This document shows positions 28,874 to 38,780 of a DNA stretch of 64,000 nt, in pieces. How positions within the stretch are numbered: the first letter of the stretch is position 1; every line of letters begins with the position of its first letter. This DNA comes from Candidatus Poribacteria bacterium. Lineage in GTDB: Bacteria > Poribacteria > WGA-4E > WGA-3G. Location: NCBI GenBank assembly GCA_965242965.1, contig OZ251518.1, positions 2,624,001 to 2,688,000 of the forward strand, in the 5' to 3' direction. The notes beneath the pieces were generated by a model that ran no database searches, was not told the DNA's origin, and saw nothing but the letters and a program-made list of their open reading frames with translations. A program made the position numbers and the translations under genes.

Positions 28874-31747
28874 ATGGCACGAAAAAAACGAACCCCTAAA
28901 CCGAAAGAAACCGACATCCAAGACTATCGGCACGACACCGCCACGCGCAAGAATAACCCGCCAGCCGGCATCGCCGCACGCGGGAAAATCAACGAATCGC
29001 CGACAGTCGAATACGCCCATAACCCGCACCTGCCGCCGACACTCCGCTTTGACGAAAACGGCGACGCAGACCGGCTCCCCGAACTGCTTCAAAAAGCGCA
29101 ACACGGAGCACTCTCCAAAACGGAAGTCAACGCCATCGTCAAGGCACTGCAACACTACGATGCACCGTGGCTGGAATGGAGCGGCAAACAGGAAACGCCA
29201 TCGTTCACCGTAGACCCGGTTGCGTTGCACATCCACGAACGCGTCAGCGCGAAGGCTATCATGAAAATCGCCGCACGCGAAAATGTCCAACGCAACCTCT
29301 TCGCTGACCCGCAGCAGGAATACAACGAGGCGGTCCAGTTTTATCAGCACGACGTAGAGTGGGCGAACCGCCTCATCCTCGGCGATAGTCTCACCGTCAT
29401 GAGCTCCCTCGCGCGACGCGAAGACCTCGGGGGAAAGGTGCAGACGATTTACTTCGATCCACCCTACGGCATCAAATTCGCCTCCAACTTCCAACCCACC
29501 GTCTTTCAGCGGAACGTCACGGACAGAAGCGCGGATTTGACGCGCGAACCCGAACAGATTCAGGCATACCGTGATACCTGGCACCTCGGCGTGCATTCCT
29601 ACCTCGCCTATCTACGGGACCGGCTGATGGTTGCCAGAGAACTGCTCACCGATAGCGGCAGCATCTTCGTGCAGATCGGCGATGAAAACGTGCATCGGGT
29701 GCGGTGTCTACTGGATGAGGTATTTGGCAGTGAGAATCTTGTCAGTTCTGTCACCGTTAGAAAATCTGGTTCAACGCCTTCCAGACAAATTGCAAATGTC
29801 ACCGATCATCTGCTCTGGTATGCGAAATCCAAAGAGTCGGTGAAATTTAACCGGCTATTCCAAGGAAAAAATTTAGGCATCTACAACCGAGAAGACGAAA
29901 ACGGCGATGCTTTTTCTTTTGGCGATTTGCAATCTGCTGGCGAAATTCAAACAGACCAGCGGTTTTGGTTCCAAGGGAAAGAATGGGTTCCGAGGCGCGG
30001 ATACCATTGGTCCACAAATGTGCGTGGACTACACAACCTTTCAAAAGCGGGTCGAGTTGAACTCGTAGGAAAAAACCTGAGATATAAACGTTATGCAAAG
30101 GATTTCCCAGTCACAGAGTTAACGAATATCTGGGGAGATATTTCAGGTGCTGCTGGAAACATTTATGTCGTCCAGACTCCTACAAGAATCATTGAACGCT
30201 GTATCCTCATGACAAGCGACCCGGGCGATCTTGTCCTCGATCCGACGTGCGGCAGCGGCACCACCGCCTATGTCGCCGAGCAGTGGGGGAGACGCTGGAT
30301 TACGATCGATACCAGCCGCGTCGCCATTGCCCTTGCGCGCCAACGCCTCTTGACGAGCAGCTTTGACTATTACCAACTCAAAGCACCGTCAGCGGGTATT
30401 GCCGGCGGCTTCGTCAACAAAGTCGTGCCGCACATTACGCTGAAAAGCATAGCGCAAAATGATGCACTCGATCCGATTTTCGCCAAGCATGAGCCGATTC
30501 TGAAGGCGAAATTGGAGGAACTCAATCGGAGTCTTGCAGCAGTAAACGATGACAAACTTCGTGCCGAACTGCTTGCAAAATTGGCGGCGAAGGAGAAGCG
30601 CGAGGGGAAAAGAGCGATTACGGAGGCAGACCGGCGGCGATGGATTCTTCCCGAAACCGCATGGCAAGAGTGGGAGGTGCCTTTTGACACGGATGCCGAC
30701 TGGCCGGAGGCATTGCGCGCTGCGTTAACGGCGTATCGCGAAGCATTTCAGGCGAAGATACAGGAAGTGAACGCGTGCATTGAATCTTCCTCTGAAGGCG
30801 AAGATCTGGTCGATCAGCCGAAGATTGAGCGTAGGAAATTGCGCGTCAGCGGTCCGTTCACCGTGGAGGCGGTGCAACCCGCCGAGGAGTCGTTAGGCAC
30901 TGAATCGCCCATCGGCGGTGAACCTGAAGAAGCATTGGAGACGTTTGACGAGGAAACGACGAATGCGGAGGCGTATCTGAACAAGATGATACGTCTGTTG
31001 CGCGAAGATGGCGTGCGGTTTCCGAATAATCAGACGGTGCAATTCGCCACATTGAATACGCGCGAAGGCGATGTCCTGCATGCCGAAGGCACATGGGCAC
31101 ATGCTGAATCAGCTCGGAGCGTCGCCGTTGTCTTCGGTCCGCAGCATGGTGCTGTCACCTCGGTGCAGGTAGAGCAGTGCGTGCGCGCCGCCTATCGTCG
31201 TGGTTATGATGAGTTGGTGTTCGCCGGTTTCAGTTTTGATGGTGCGGCACAGGCGGCTATCCAGGCAGATCCAGACCCGGAGCTCCGCATTCATATCGCG
31301 CACATTAATCCGGATGTGGCGATGGGCGATTTGCTGAAGGAGACTCCTTCCACGCAGTTGTTCACCGTATTCGGTTTACCGCGCACCAAACTTGAAGATA
31401 CGGATGATGGCAGGCATCTCGTCACGATGGCGGGAGTGGACATCTACGATCCTGTGAAAAACCAGGTCTTTTCGGCGAATGCGGACAAGGTGGCGGCGTG
31501 GTTCGTGGATACGGATTACGATGGTAGGACGTTCTGTATTTCGCAGGCATTTTTCCCGAATAAGCGAGCCTGGTCAAAAATTGCGCGTGCGTTGAAAGGT
31601 ATCGTTGATTCGGAACGTTTTGAGCAATTGAGTGGGACGGTATCGTTGCCATTTTCTGCCGGTCTGCATGGGAAGGTGGCCGTCAAAGTCATCGATGCGC
31701 GTGGCAATGAGGTCATGCGCGTGCATGAAACGCCTCTGGCCCCGTAG
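28874..31747 (+). CDS. Site-specific DNA methyltransferase (N6/N4, Type III Mod-like, extended C-terminus)
   Basis: NRLILGDSL; IYFDPPYG (motif IV); VLDPTCGSGTT (motif I); beta-class motif order; KVAVKVIDARGNE end. Confidence 0.9.
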   Translation: MARKKRTPKPKETDIQDYRHDTATRKNNPPAGIAARGKINESPTVEYAHNPHLPPTLRFDENGDADRLPELLQKAQHGALSKTEVNAIVKALQHYDAPWLEWSGKQETPSFTVDPVALHIHERVSAKAIMKIAARENVQRNLFADPQQEYNEAVQFYQHDVEWANRLILGDSLTVMSSLARREDLGGKVQTIYFDPPYGIKFASNFQPTVFQRNVTDRSADLTREPEQIQAYRDTWHLGVHSYLAYLRDRLMVARELLTDSGSIFVQIGDENVHRVRCLLDEVFGSENLVSSVTVRKSGSTPSRQIANVTDHLLWYAKSKESVKFNRLFQGKNLGIYNREDENGDAFSFGDLQSAGEIQTDQRFWFQGKEWVPRRGYHWSTNVRGLHNLSKAGRVELVGKNLRYKRYAKDFPVTELTNIWGDISGAAGNIYVVQTPTRIIERCILMTSDPGDLVLDPTCGSGTTAYVAEQWGRRWITIDTSRVAIALARQRLLTSSFDYYQLKAPSAGIAGGFVNKVVPHITLKSIAQNDALDPIFAKHEPILKAKLEELNRSLAAVNDDKLRAELLAKLAAKEKREGKRAITEADRRRWILPETAWQEWEVPFDTDADWPEALRAALTAYREAFQAKIQEVNACIESSSEGEDLVDQPKIERRKLRVSGPFTVEAVQPAEESLGTESPIGGEPEEALETFDEETTNAEAYLNKMIRLLREDGVRFPNNQTVQFATLNTREGDVLHAEGTWAHAESARSVAVVFGPQHGAVTSVQVEQCVRAAYRRGYDELVFAGFSFDGAAQAAIQADPDPELRIHIAHINPDVAMGDLLKETPSTQLFTVFGLPRTKLEDTDDGRHLVTMAGVDIYDPVKNQVFSANADKVAAWFVDTDYDGRTFCISQAFFPNKRAWSKIARALKGIVDSERFEQLSGTVSLPFSAGLHGKVAVKVIDARGNEVMRVHETPLAP

Positions 31748-32066
31748 CGCGGGGGGACAGAAAACACCCCGGCCACCGTAGCGCGCGGGCCTGTCTCTTC
31801 AGGTAAGAGGGACATCCCTGTCCCGACAGAAAACACCCCGGGCCCCGTAGCGCGGGGGCCTGTCCCCCGCGATCCCTCAAAAAACGAAAAACGCACGCAG
31901 GCGAGACAAAAGCACGGCGAGGGACAGGCCCTCGCCCTACGGTGAGGGGGAGGCGGCCTCGATCCGTAGCGCGGGGGCCCTCGGATGCCACACGCGCATC
32001 CGAGCGGGTTTCCCCCGCGATCATTGGATTGCGCGAGACATAGCGAGGGACAGGCCCTCGCCCTAC
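31744..32066. repeat. REP cluster following the methyltransferase
   Basis: A, C and A-with-insert hairpins; related to blocks at 32725-32941 and 33632-33810. Confidence 0.8.
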
Positions 32067-32101
32067 GGAATATCAGGATGCATTAATCCTTTAAAAAACA
32101 G

Positions 32102-32131
32102 TTGACATTTTGTCTTGCATAAAGGTATACT
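32102..32131 (+). promoter_or_regulatory. Putative sigma70 promoter
   Basis: TTGACA-18 bp-TATACT upstream of the GGAGGG RBS. Confidence 0.6.
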
Positions 32132-32163
32132 ATAAGAAAGATTAGTTAAGGAGGGACTCACCC

Positions 32164-32709
32164 ATGAAATTCTACATAGGGATGCTCGTCGGGCTGTTGT
32201 TCGTGAGCGCATCGGCCTTCGGCGCACTGAGCGTCGATGACTACGAAAAACTCAATACCATGTTCAAAGAATCCGAGGCACGGACGCAGCAAGCCATCGA
32301 GGACTCCGAGGCACGGATGAAGGAATACGTCTCGCAAGAAATCTCCCGAGAAATCGCAAAGGTGAACGGTGAAATCGGGAAGCTATCTATCCGCATTGAC
32401 GCAACGAACACGCGGATAGACACCGAATCGCGAATCGCAAAGGAACGCTCCAGCGACTTCAACAACCGTTTGAACGTCATCATCGGGCTGATTGGCGTGT
32501 TGATTGCCATTATCATCGGGCTCCCCTTGTTGCGGGATAGGAAAAAAGACCGCGAGCAAGATGAGCAACTTGAAGCACAGCAACAGCAACTCGAAGCACA
32601 GCAACGCCAACTTGAGAAGCAACAGCAGGAACTTGAAGTCATGCGCCAAGAATTGGCAACACTCAAACAGAATCAGAGACCTTGGCAGGAAACACAACGC
32701 ACACCGTAG
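32164..32709 (+). CDS. Signal peptide + coiled coil + TM + Gln-rich coiled-coil hypothetical protein (paralogue 1)
   Basis: Near-identical N-terminus to 32993..33583; TM 'VIIGLIGVLIAIIIGLPLL'. Confidence 0.8.
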   Translation: MKFYIGMLVGLLFVSASAFGALSVDDYEKLNTMFKESEARTQQAIEDSEARMKEYVSQEISREIAKVNGEIGKLSIRIDATNTRIDTESRIAKERSSDFNNRLNVIIGLIGVLIAIIIGLPLLRDRKKDREQDEQLEAQQQQLEAQQRQLEKQQQELEVMRQELATLKQNQRPWQETQRTP

Positions 32710-32992
32710 GAAATGCCCCGGACACCGTAGCGCGGGGGCCTGTCTCTTCGGGTAGGAGGGACATCCCTGTCCCGACAGAAAACACAACGGACACCGTAAG
32801 AAAACGCTCTGGCCACCGTAGCGCGGGGGCCTGTCCCCCGCGAGCGCTCAAGTATCAGGAAACACCCCGCACACCGTAGCGCGGGGGCCTGTCCCCCGAG
32901 ATCGCTCAAGGAAACCGTCGAGACCAGGAGGTCTCTCCTACGGGAGCGCGCGTTGTCACTGATCAAAAGATTAATTTAGGAGGTAATCACCC

Positions 32993-33583
32993 ATGAAATT
33001 CTACATAGGGATACTCGTTTGGCTGTTGTGCATGAGTGCATCGGCCTTTGGCGCACTGACCGCCGATGACTACGAAAAACTCAATACCATGTTCAAGGAA
33101 TCCGAAACGCGGACGCAGCAAGCCATCAAGGAGTCGGAGGCACGGATGAAGGAATACGTCTCGCAAGAAATCGCGAAGGTGAACACCGAAATCAGGCGGC
33201 TTGATAGCCGCATTGACGAAACGAACAAGCGGATGGAGGCCGGCTTTCAAGCCGTGAACACCCAATTCGGCGCGATGAATAACCGCTTCGGTGATGTCAA
33301 CATCCGTTTGAATCTCAACTTCGGGCTGTTGGTAGCGTTGATTGGGGTTGTCATTGGGCTGCCGTTGCTCCGCGAGCGGAAAAAAGAGCGCGAACAAGAT
33401 GAGCAACTTGCAGCACAGCAAGCGTTGATCGAGAAGCAGCAAGAGCAACTTGCTGCACAACAGCAGAAATTGGACATGCAACAACAGCTCTTGGCTGCAC
33501 AACAGCAGGAAATGGCCGCTGTCCGTGAGGAATTGGCAACGCTCAAGCAGCAGCAAATGCCGAATCCTTCTGCAACGGAATAA
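32993..33583 (+). CDS. Signal peptide + coiled coil + TM + Gln-rich coiled-coil hypothetical protein (paralogue 2)
   Basis: MKFYIG...DDYEKLNTMFKESE shared with paralogue 1; AGGAGG RBS. Confidence 0.8.
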   Translation: MKFYIGILVWLLCMSASAFGALTADDYEKLNTMFKESETRTQQAIKESEARMKEYVSQEIAKVNTEIRRLDSRIDETNKRMEAGFQAVNTQFGAMNNRFGDVNIRLNLNFGLLVALIGVVIGLPLLRERKKEREQDEQLAAQQALIEKQQEQLAAQQQKLDMQQQLLAAQQQEMAAVREELATLKQQQMPNPSATE

Positions 33584-33894
33584 AAACGAAAAATGCCCTT
33601 GCAAGCCCGCCGCATGAAACGCCCCGGGCCCTGTAGCGCGCGGGCCTGTTGCTGCGGGTAGGAGGGACATCCCTGTCCCGACAGAAAACACAACGGACAC
33701 CGTAAGAAAACGCCCCGCACACCGTAGCGCGGGGGCCTGTCCCCCGCGAACGTTCAAGTATCAGGAAACGCTCCGGCCACCGTAGCGCGGGGGGCTGTCC
33801 CCCGCGAGCGCTCAACAAAGGAAAAACGCGCAGAGGATATCTCCAACATGCCGCGCGAAATTCAGATAAAACAGTTGACTTGAGGGAATGCAAA

Positions 33895-34374
33895 ATGCAC
33901 ACATTGGAAATGACAGACGCTGAATGGTATGAACGGATACTTGATGTCCTGTTAGAGCATCTCGGCCCCAGAGAACTTCAGCGGTTCTTGGCGTATGCGA
34001 AAGCCGGGCGTGGCGAATTGGCGGCACCATGTCAACCATGGGTAACGCAGATGGAAAAGGAGACAATTCAGCGCGGGAAGCAGCCCTGTCGCCCGCGGCA
34101 CGCCGCAACTCCCTCTCTCGCAGAAGCACCGGCGAATTGCACACCGAAACCCATCGGCGAGATGACGGATGATGAACTCCATCGGTTCGGATTGGAGGGG
34201 ATTTCTGAGAAGTTGGGACTTCCTGGATTGGTTCGGTTTAGTCGGCTGTGCACACCGGGCACCGGCGACTACACCCGCGACCGGCACAAATGGCTGGATA
34301 AACTCGATTGGGACACGGTACTGGACGAGATTCGGCAGGTCCAAGAGGAACGCTACGGCGACAGGAAGGAATAG
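33895..34374 (+). CDS. Putative antitoxin with two tandem copies of a small domain
   Basis: 'EMTD..LG..L.RF' occurs twice; 'GTGDYTRDRHKWL'; directly upstream of a PIN gene. Confidence 0.6.
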   Translation: MHTLEMTDAEWYERILDVLLEHLGPRELQRFLAYAKAGRGELAAPCQPWVTQMEKETIQRGKQPCRPRHAATPSLAEAPANCTPKPIGEMTDDELHRFGLEGISEKLGLPGLVRFSRLCTPGTGDYTRDRHKWLDKLDWDTVLDEIRQVQEERYGDRKE

Positions 34375-34382
34375 GCGAACTC

Positions 34383-34856
34383 GTGCAAAACCAATCTCAA
34401 CACCAGAACATCTATCTGGACACTTGCTGCTTAGGTCGCCCCTTTGACGCGCAGACGCAGGAACGGGTGCGCGAGGAAACTGAAGCCTTTGATGAAATCA
34501 TTGATAGTTTTTCCCTCGGTCGATTCCATTGGATTTCCAGCACAGCCGTGGAGCTCGAAGTTGGCAAGAACCCGAATGTAACGCAACGGAACCAGATCCA
34601 ATCCCAATTCAGTTTAGCATATCAAACGGTTCAGGTAGGTGCGTCGGAAACCGCCCGCGCCGCTCATCTCCAACAACTCGGATTCCCATCGTTTGATGCG
34701 TTACATATCGCTTGTGCCGAAAGCGGCGGTGCAGATGTCCTTCTCACCACGGACGATGTGTTTCTCAATCGGGCGAAACGCCTGCGGCAGCATCTTCACG
34801 TGGATGTAGAAAACCCGCGCGCGTGGTTACAGGCGGTAAGAGGGGCCCGCACGTAG
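34383..34856 (+). CDS. PIN-domain (VapC-like) protein
   Basis: IYLDTCC..RPFD; FDALHIACAE; LLTTDD; GTG start. Confidence 0.85.
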   Translation: MQNQSQHQNIYLDTCCLGRPFDAQTQERVREETEAFDEIIDSFSLGRFHWISSTAVELEVGKNPNVTQRNQIQSQFSLAYQTVQVGASETARAAHLQQLGFPSFDALHIACAESGGADVLLTTDDVFLNRAKRLRQHLHVDVENPRAWLQAVRGART

Positions 34857-34908
34857 GACGGGGGTATCCCTCGCGCTACTTCACATGCCCCGCGAAATGA
34901 ACGTAAAA

Positions 34909-35460
34909 TGAGGGTGTTTCATAAATTCGTTTCGGTATTTATCTCCCCTTGGGGGAGGGCGAATACCGATAGAAAAGCGAGGGGGGCGCGCATCGGGCCC
35001 ATCTCTGTAGTTCGGGAGCACCCGCTCCCGAACGGGTCAGGATCAGGCGATCCTGACCTACAGGGGTGATAAGGTCTGCTAGCAAAACGATGGCGAGGGC
35101 CCTTGCATGCCACACGCGCAGGCGAGCGGGTTTCCCTCGCCATGCTGCGATCGCGGATGACAGGCCCCCGCGCTACGGGAAAAAAACAGTCCCCTTCATC
35201 GTAGGGCGAGGGCCTGTCCCTCGCCATCGCTCGCGCTACGGAAAAAACGTCTTTTAGGTCCGTAGGACCTTAATGTCTATAGCACGCGCGATCGCCAAGA
35301 ACACTAAGGTCCTTTAGGTCCTTAATAGACTTTGAGATGCGGCGTGTTTTTTATTAAGGACCTAAAGGACCTTGAAAACGGGCCGACACGGGCTGCTATA
35401 GACATGTAGGTCCTAAAGGACCTAAAGAGGCATCCATAACGGATTTATGAAACACCCTCA
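34909..35460. mobile_element. Putative non-autonomous composite element (MITE-like) carrying REP modules
   Basis: Perfect 18-bp inverted repeats TGAGGGTGTTTCATAAAT (34909-34926) and ATTTATGAAACACCCTCA (35443-35460); no transposase. Confidence 0.6.
35254..35428. repeat. ~175-bp palindromic element, copy 1
   Basis: Ends TTAGGTCCGTAGGACCTTAATGTCTATAG ... CTATAGACATGTAGGTCCTAAAGGACCTAA; second copy at 56748-56922. Confidence 0.85.
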
Positions 35461-35599
35461 GATAACTGAAAATGGACATGAGGAACGCTACGGCGGCGGA
35501 ATCGGCAAAGTTCAAGCAGCAGGAACCGACTGTCCTCCTGCAACGGAATAAGAGGTGTCTCAGGCGAGGAACCGGTTTCCCTCGCCTGAGATGCCTTCG

Positions 35600-36337
35600 T
35601 TACGAAATCCCCTCCCAATACTTCCACATATCGTCCGGGGTTTCAAACTTAATCTCATCTAAATCTTTCCGGCGGTAACGCCCGATGAGCGCGATGCGAA
35701 CCCGCCGTCCACAATTTGGACCGGCGGTGTGACTCATCTGATGATGCCAGAAACAGACATCCCCCGCCTCGCCTGTAAACTCATGGCTCGGCCCTAAATC
35801 AAACGGCGCAATGCCGCCCGGAAGACTGTCCAAGTCATGGTATCGGAAATACTCCGCCCAAACGCGATGACTGCCGGGCCAAATCGTGAAGCCGCCCCCC
35901 TGTTTCTCTACCTTTTCAAGATAGAGAGTAGCGCCGAGGGTGAAAGAACCGACGACACCCTTTGGCACACCGTTCGTCGGAGTATGGTAACCGTCGAGGT
36001 GTCCCATCGGTTCGCGCCATTCTTTGTCCGGATCTGGAAAATTGATATGCGGTCCCGCGCCGCCACCCGTATTCAATTTGCCCTCACCGACGAGCTCCTC
36101 CGCCATCGCGTAAACGTTGTTGCCGTAGAGGGTGCCACGGATGACATCCTCGCCGCCGACCGGCGCAGTACGGTAACCCTTGCGAATCCAAGACACCGGA
36201 TCGTTTCTGTCTTCTTCCAACGACTCCCAGACCCTGTCAAGGGCGGCATCGATGGCATCCTGCGTTAACGCGCCGCGCACGATGAGGTAGCCGTGCTCTT
36301 TGAAAAATGCTTTGTCCTGAGGCATTAAATGTGCCAT
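35600..36337 (-). CDS. Phytanoyl-CoA dioxygenase (PhyH) family Fe(II)/2OG protein
   Basis: FFKEHGYL; HLD (HxD); IWPGSH; GEAGDVCFWH..MSH..GPN...RIA. Confidence 0.85.
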   Translation of the reverse strand: MAHLMPQDKAFFKEHGYLIVRGALTQDAIDAALDRVWESLEEDRNDPVSWIRKGYRTAPVGGEDVIRGTLYGNNVYAMAEELVGEGKLNTGGGAGPHINFPDPDKEWREPMGHLDGYHTPTNGVPKGVVGSFTLGATLYLEKVEKQGGGFTIWPGSHRVWAEYFRYHDLDSLPGGIAPFDLGPSHEFTGEAGDVCFWHHQMSHTAGPNCGRRVRIALIGRYRRKDLDEIKFETPDDMWKYWEGIS

Positions 36338-36362
36338 GGTTTTGGTTCTCCTTTTAGGTGTG

Positions 36363-36680
36363 CATCGAGACCGGGAGGTCTCTCCTACTGCTCCTAGCAT
36401 ACGGTGTGCATCGAGACCGGGAGGTCTCTCCTACTGCTGCTTGGCGAGGGACAGGCCCTCGCCCTACGAAAAATGGGACGCTTTTCGCGGCGCGCATACC
36501 ATCCTATTTGAGATCAGGCGATCTCAAACTACAGATTGGGCCTTCTAACTGCTGCTTGGCGAGGGACAGGCCCTCGCCCTACGAAAAACGGGACGCTTTT
36601 TGAGGGACAGGCACTCACCTTACGAAAAACGGGACGCTTTTTGAGGGACAGGCACTCGTCCTACGAAAAACGGGACGCTT
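36363..36680. repeat. REP cluster (B, A, E) with tandem degenerate copies
   Basis: Repeated GAGGGACAGGC(C/A)CTC..CTACGAAAAACGGGACGCTTTT. Confidence 0.8.
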
Positions 36681-36681
36681 T

Positions 36682-37863
36682 TTACGGTGCGCATACCATA
36701 AATCCGTTCTCTTCAACGGCTTTCTGATAGGGCGTTTCGTCAAGTGATAAACCGAAGCCGGGAAGTGTCGGCATCTGGATATAGCCATCAACTATCTCGT
36801 AAGCCGAGTCATCTATGCCGGGGACGGTGGCGTGATCCCACTCGACGAACTCGAACAGATCGATTTTGGCAGCGAGGTGCCCCGTGGCGAAGTTGCCGTA
36901 ATACCCACCGTAATGGTGCGGCGCAGTGCCAACGTTCCAGGCATCAAGCTGCGGGCCCAATTCCAGCCAGCGCGTGAAACCGGGGTGGAAAATGTCATAC
37001 TGCACGACATCAACGAGCCCCTCTTCCGCCCACTGCAACAGGTGCGGAGATGCACTGCCTTCGCCATCCGCAATCTTCGTCTTCAAGCCTTCGGCGTTCA
37101 ACCACGCTTTCAGGTTGCTATACAAGCGCGCGTCTTCGTGGAACGCCTCCTCGACCCAATAGACATCGGCATCGGCGGTTTCGCTCAACACGCGCTTAGT
37201 CAAGTTGAGGTTGTAGCCGTTGTTAGCATCAATTAGAATCGTCGCTCTCCGTCCCAGCACTTCTCGCACTGCTTTGATGACGCGGATGTCGCGTTGCGTG
37301 CCTTTTTCCAGCGGCATGTGCATCGCGCCTCGGCCCACCTTAATCTTAAAGGCGGCATGCCCGCGCGCCGCACCTGACAACGCCTCGGAAGCGATAAGGA
37401 CAGCCGCTTCATCATCGTCTTCTAGATGAAGATCATCGATGTATAACGACGTGTCGTAACACGGAACGCGGAATGAACCGTGTTTTCCAAGGGGTTCCTT
37501 GAGGTTCTGTAATACGGCGTAAACAGGCTTCTGCTCCAGCTGCCCAAGCAGATCCCAGAGCGGATACTCCAGCATCCGAAATGCCTCTTTCACTTGTGGC
37601 ACCTTCCCTCTTGCGCCTTCCTGTTCCCAATTTTCAGGAAACTCAAATGCGTCGTTGAGGTGAAACCCGACGATGGATTCCGCAACTTCCTTTGAGCAGT
37701 GCGCGCGGCCGAAACCGCTGACACCGTCAAACGTCGTTATCCGTGCGATGGAAGGACTGACATGCAGTCCATGTTCGCCGAGTCGGGAATTGCAGCCTGC
37801 TTTCCGCGGGCGTTTCCCGGTCAAGCGGCCCCACTCAATCCGTTCAATTCTGACGTTATGCAT
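36682..37863 (-). CDS. Mandelate racemase/muconate lactonizing enzyme (enolase superfamily) protein
   Basis: FKIKVG (KxK); IDANN; WVEE; ADGE; PGFGL. Confidence 0.88.
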   Translation of the reverse strand: MHNVRIERIEWGRLTGKRPRKAGCNSRLGEHGLHVSPSIARITTFDGVSGFGRAHCSKEVAESIVGFHLNDAFEFPENWEQEGARGKVPQVKEAFRMLEYPLWDLLGQLEQKPVYAVLQNLKEPLGKHGSFRVPCYDTSLYIDDLHLEDDDEAAVLIASEALSGAARGHAAFKIKVGRGAMHMPLEKGTQRDIRVIKAVREVLGRRATILIDANNGYNLNLTKRVLSETADADVYWVEEAFHEDARLYSNLKAWLNAEGLKTKIADGEGSASPHLLQWAEEGLVDVVQYDIFHPGFTRWLELGPQLDAWNVGTAPHHYGGYYGNFATGHLAAKIDLFEFVEWDHATVPGIDDSAYEIVDGYIQMPTLPGFGLSLDETPYQKAVEENGFMVCAP

Positions 37864-37872
37864 GCCGCCTCC

Positions 37873-38397
37873 TTATATTTGCGTCTCAAGCAGCGCGAGA
37901 CTCTTCGCATCCAAGCGGTGATAATTCTCTATCTCGTAGCGATTGCCATCGGCATCCTTGATCAGCACCTTCCCGCTATCCAAAGTGACGACATCATACC
38001 GGGTCTTCAGGCCGAATTCGACTTCGCCGCGGTTGGTTTCGACAACCCATCTCGTCACGCCGAATTCACCTCCCAGGAAGTGGATTTTGGTAATCTTCGG
38101 CATGAAATACCGCCGTTGCAGCTCCGAAGTTAAGATTTTCTGCGAATCTTTGGGGAGATGCTTGAGGTCTTGAATCACCCCGATTTCGTTCTCTTCGCTA
38201 TCCAACAACGAGATATATCTGCTGGATTCGCTGAGCGGAAACGCAAGCACCGGTTGAATGTTCGTGTGGCTCGTGTGATCGGGGAGTGTGACAACGAGTT
38301 CTTCAAACGCGTTCCGTTCAATGTGAATCTGGCTTGCGTCTAGGAATTGTAATTCTTCGGTAATGCGAATAGCTTCTTGCATCGTGGTATTCTCCAA
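37873..38397 (-). CDS. DUF1854 domain protein
   Basis: AFPLS; EIGVIQDL; ELQRRYFMPKI; WVVETNRG; DADGNRYEI; LDAKS. Confidence 0.8.
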   Translation of the reverse strand: MENTTMQEAIRITEELQFLDASQIHIERNAFEELVVTLPDHTSHTNIQPVLAFPLSESSRYISLLDSEENEIGVIQDLKHLPKDSQKILTSELQRRYFMPKITKIHFLGGEFGVTRWVVETNRGEVEFGLKTRYDVVTLDSGKVLIKDADGNRYEIENYHRLDAKSLALLETQI

Positions 38398-38411
38398 CTG
38401 CTTCCCCCTAC

Positions 38412-38735
38412 TGTAGATCTGGCGATCGCGGGGGACAGGCCCCCGCGCTACGTTCGTAGGGACGTTGCGTGGTATTCTCCAACCGTTTCTCCCACCGTAG
38501 TGCGAGGGACAGGCCCTCGCAAGTCTGTAGTTTGCGATCGCCTGATCGCAAAGAGAGCACGCTTACCCATACCGTAGTGCGAGGGCCTGTCCCTCGCAAG
38601 GCATCGATCTGACGATCGCGGGGGACAGGCCCCCGCGCTACGTTCATACGAACGTTTCGCTTTTCAAACGGGCGATCGCGGGGGAAACCCGCTCGGATGC
38701 GCGTATGGCATCCGAGGGCCCCCGCGCTACGTTCG
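38412..38735. repeat. REP cluster (A, E, A-with-insert)
   Basis: GTAG/CTAC-bounded hairpins between co-oriented genes. Confidence 0.8.
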
Positions 38736-38780
38736 TAGGGACGTTTCGCTTTTCCGCGCGTAGGACGCGCGCCTACCGGC

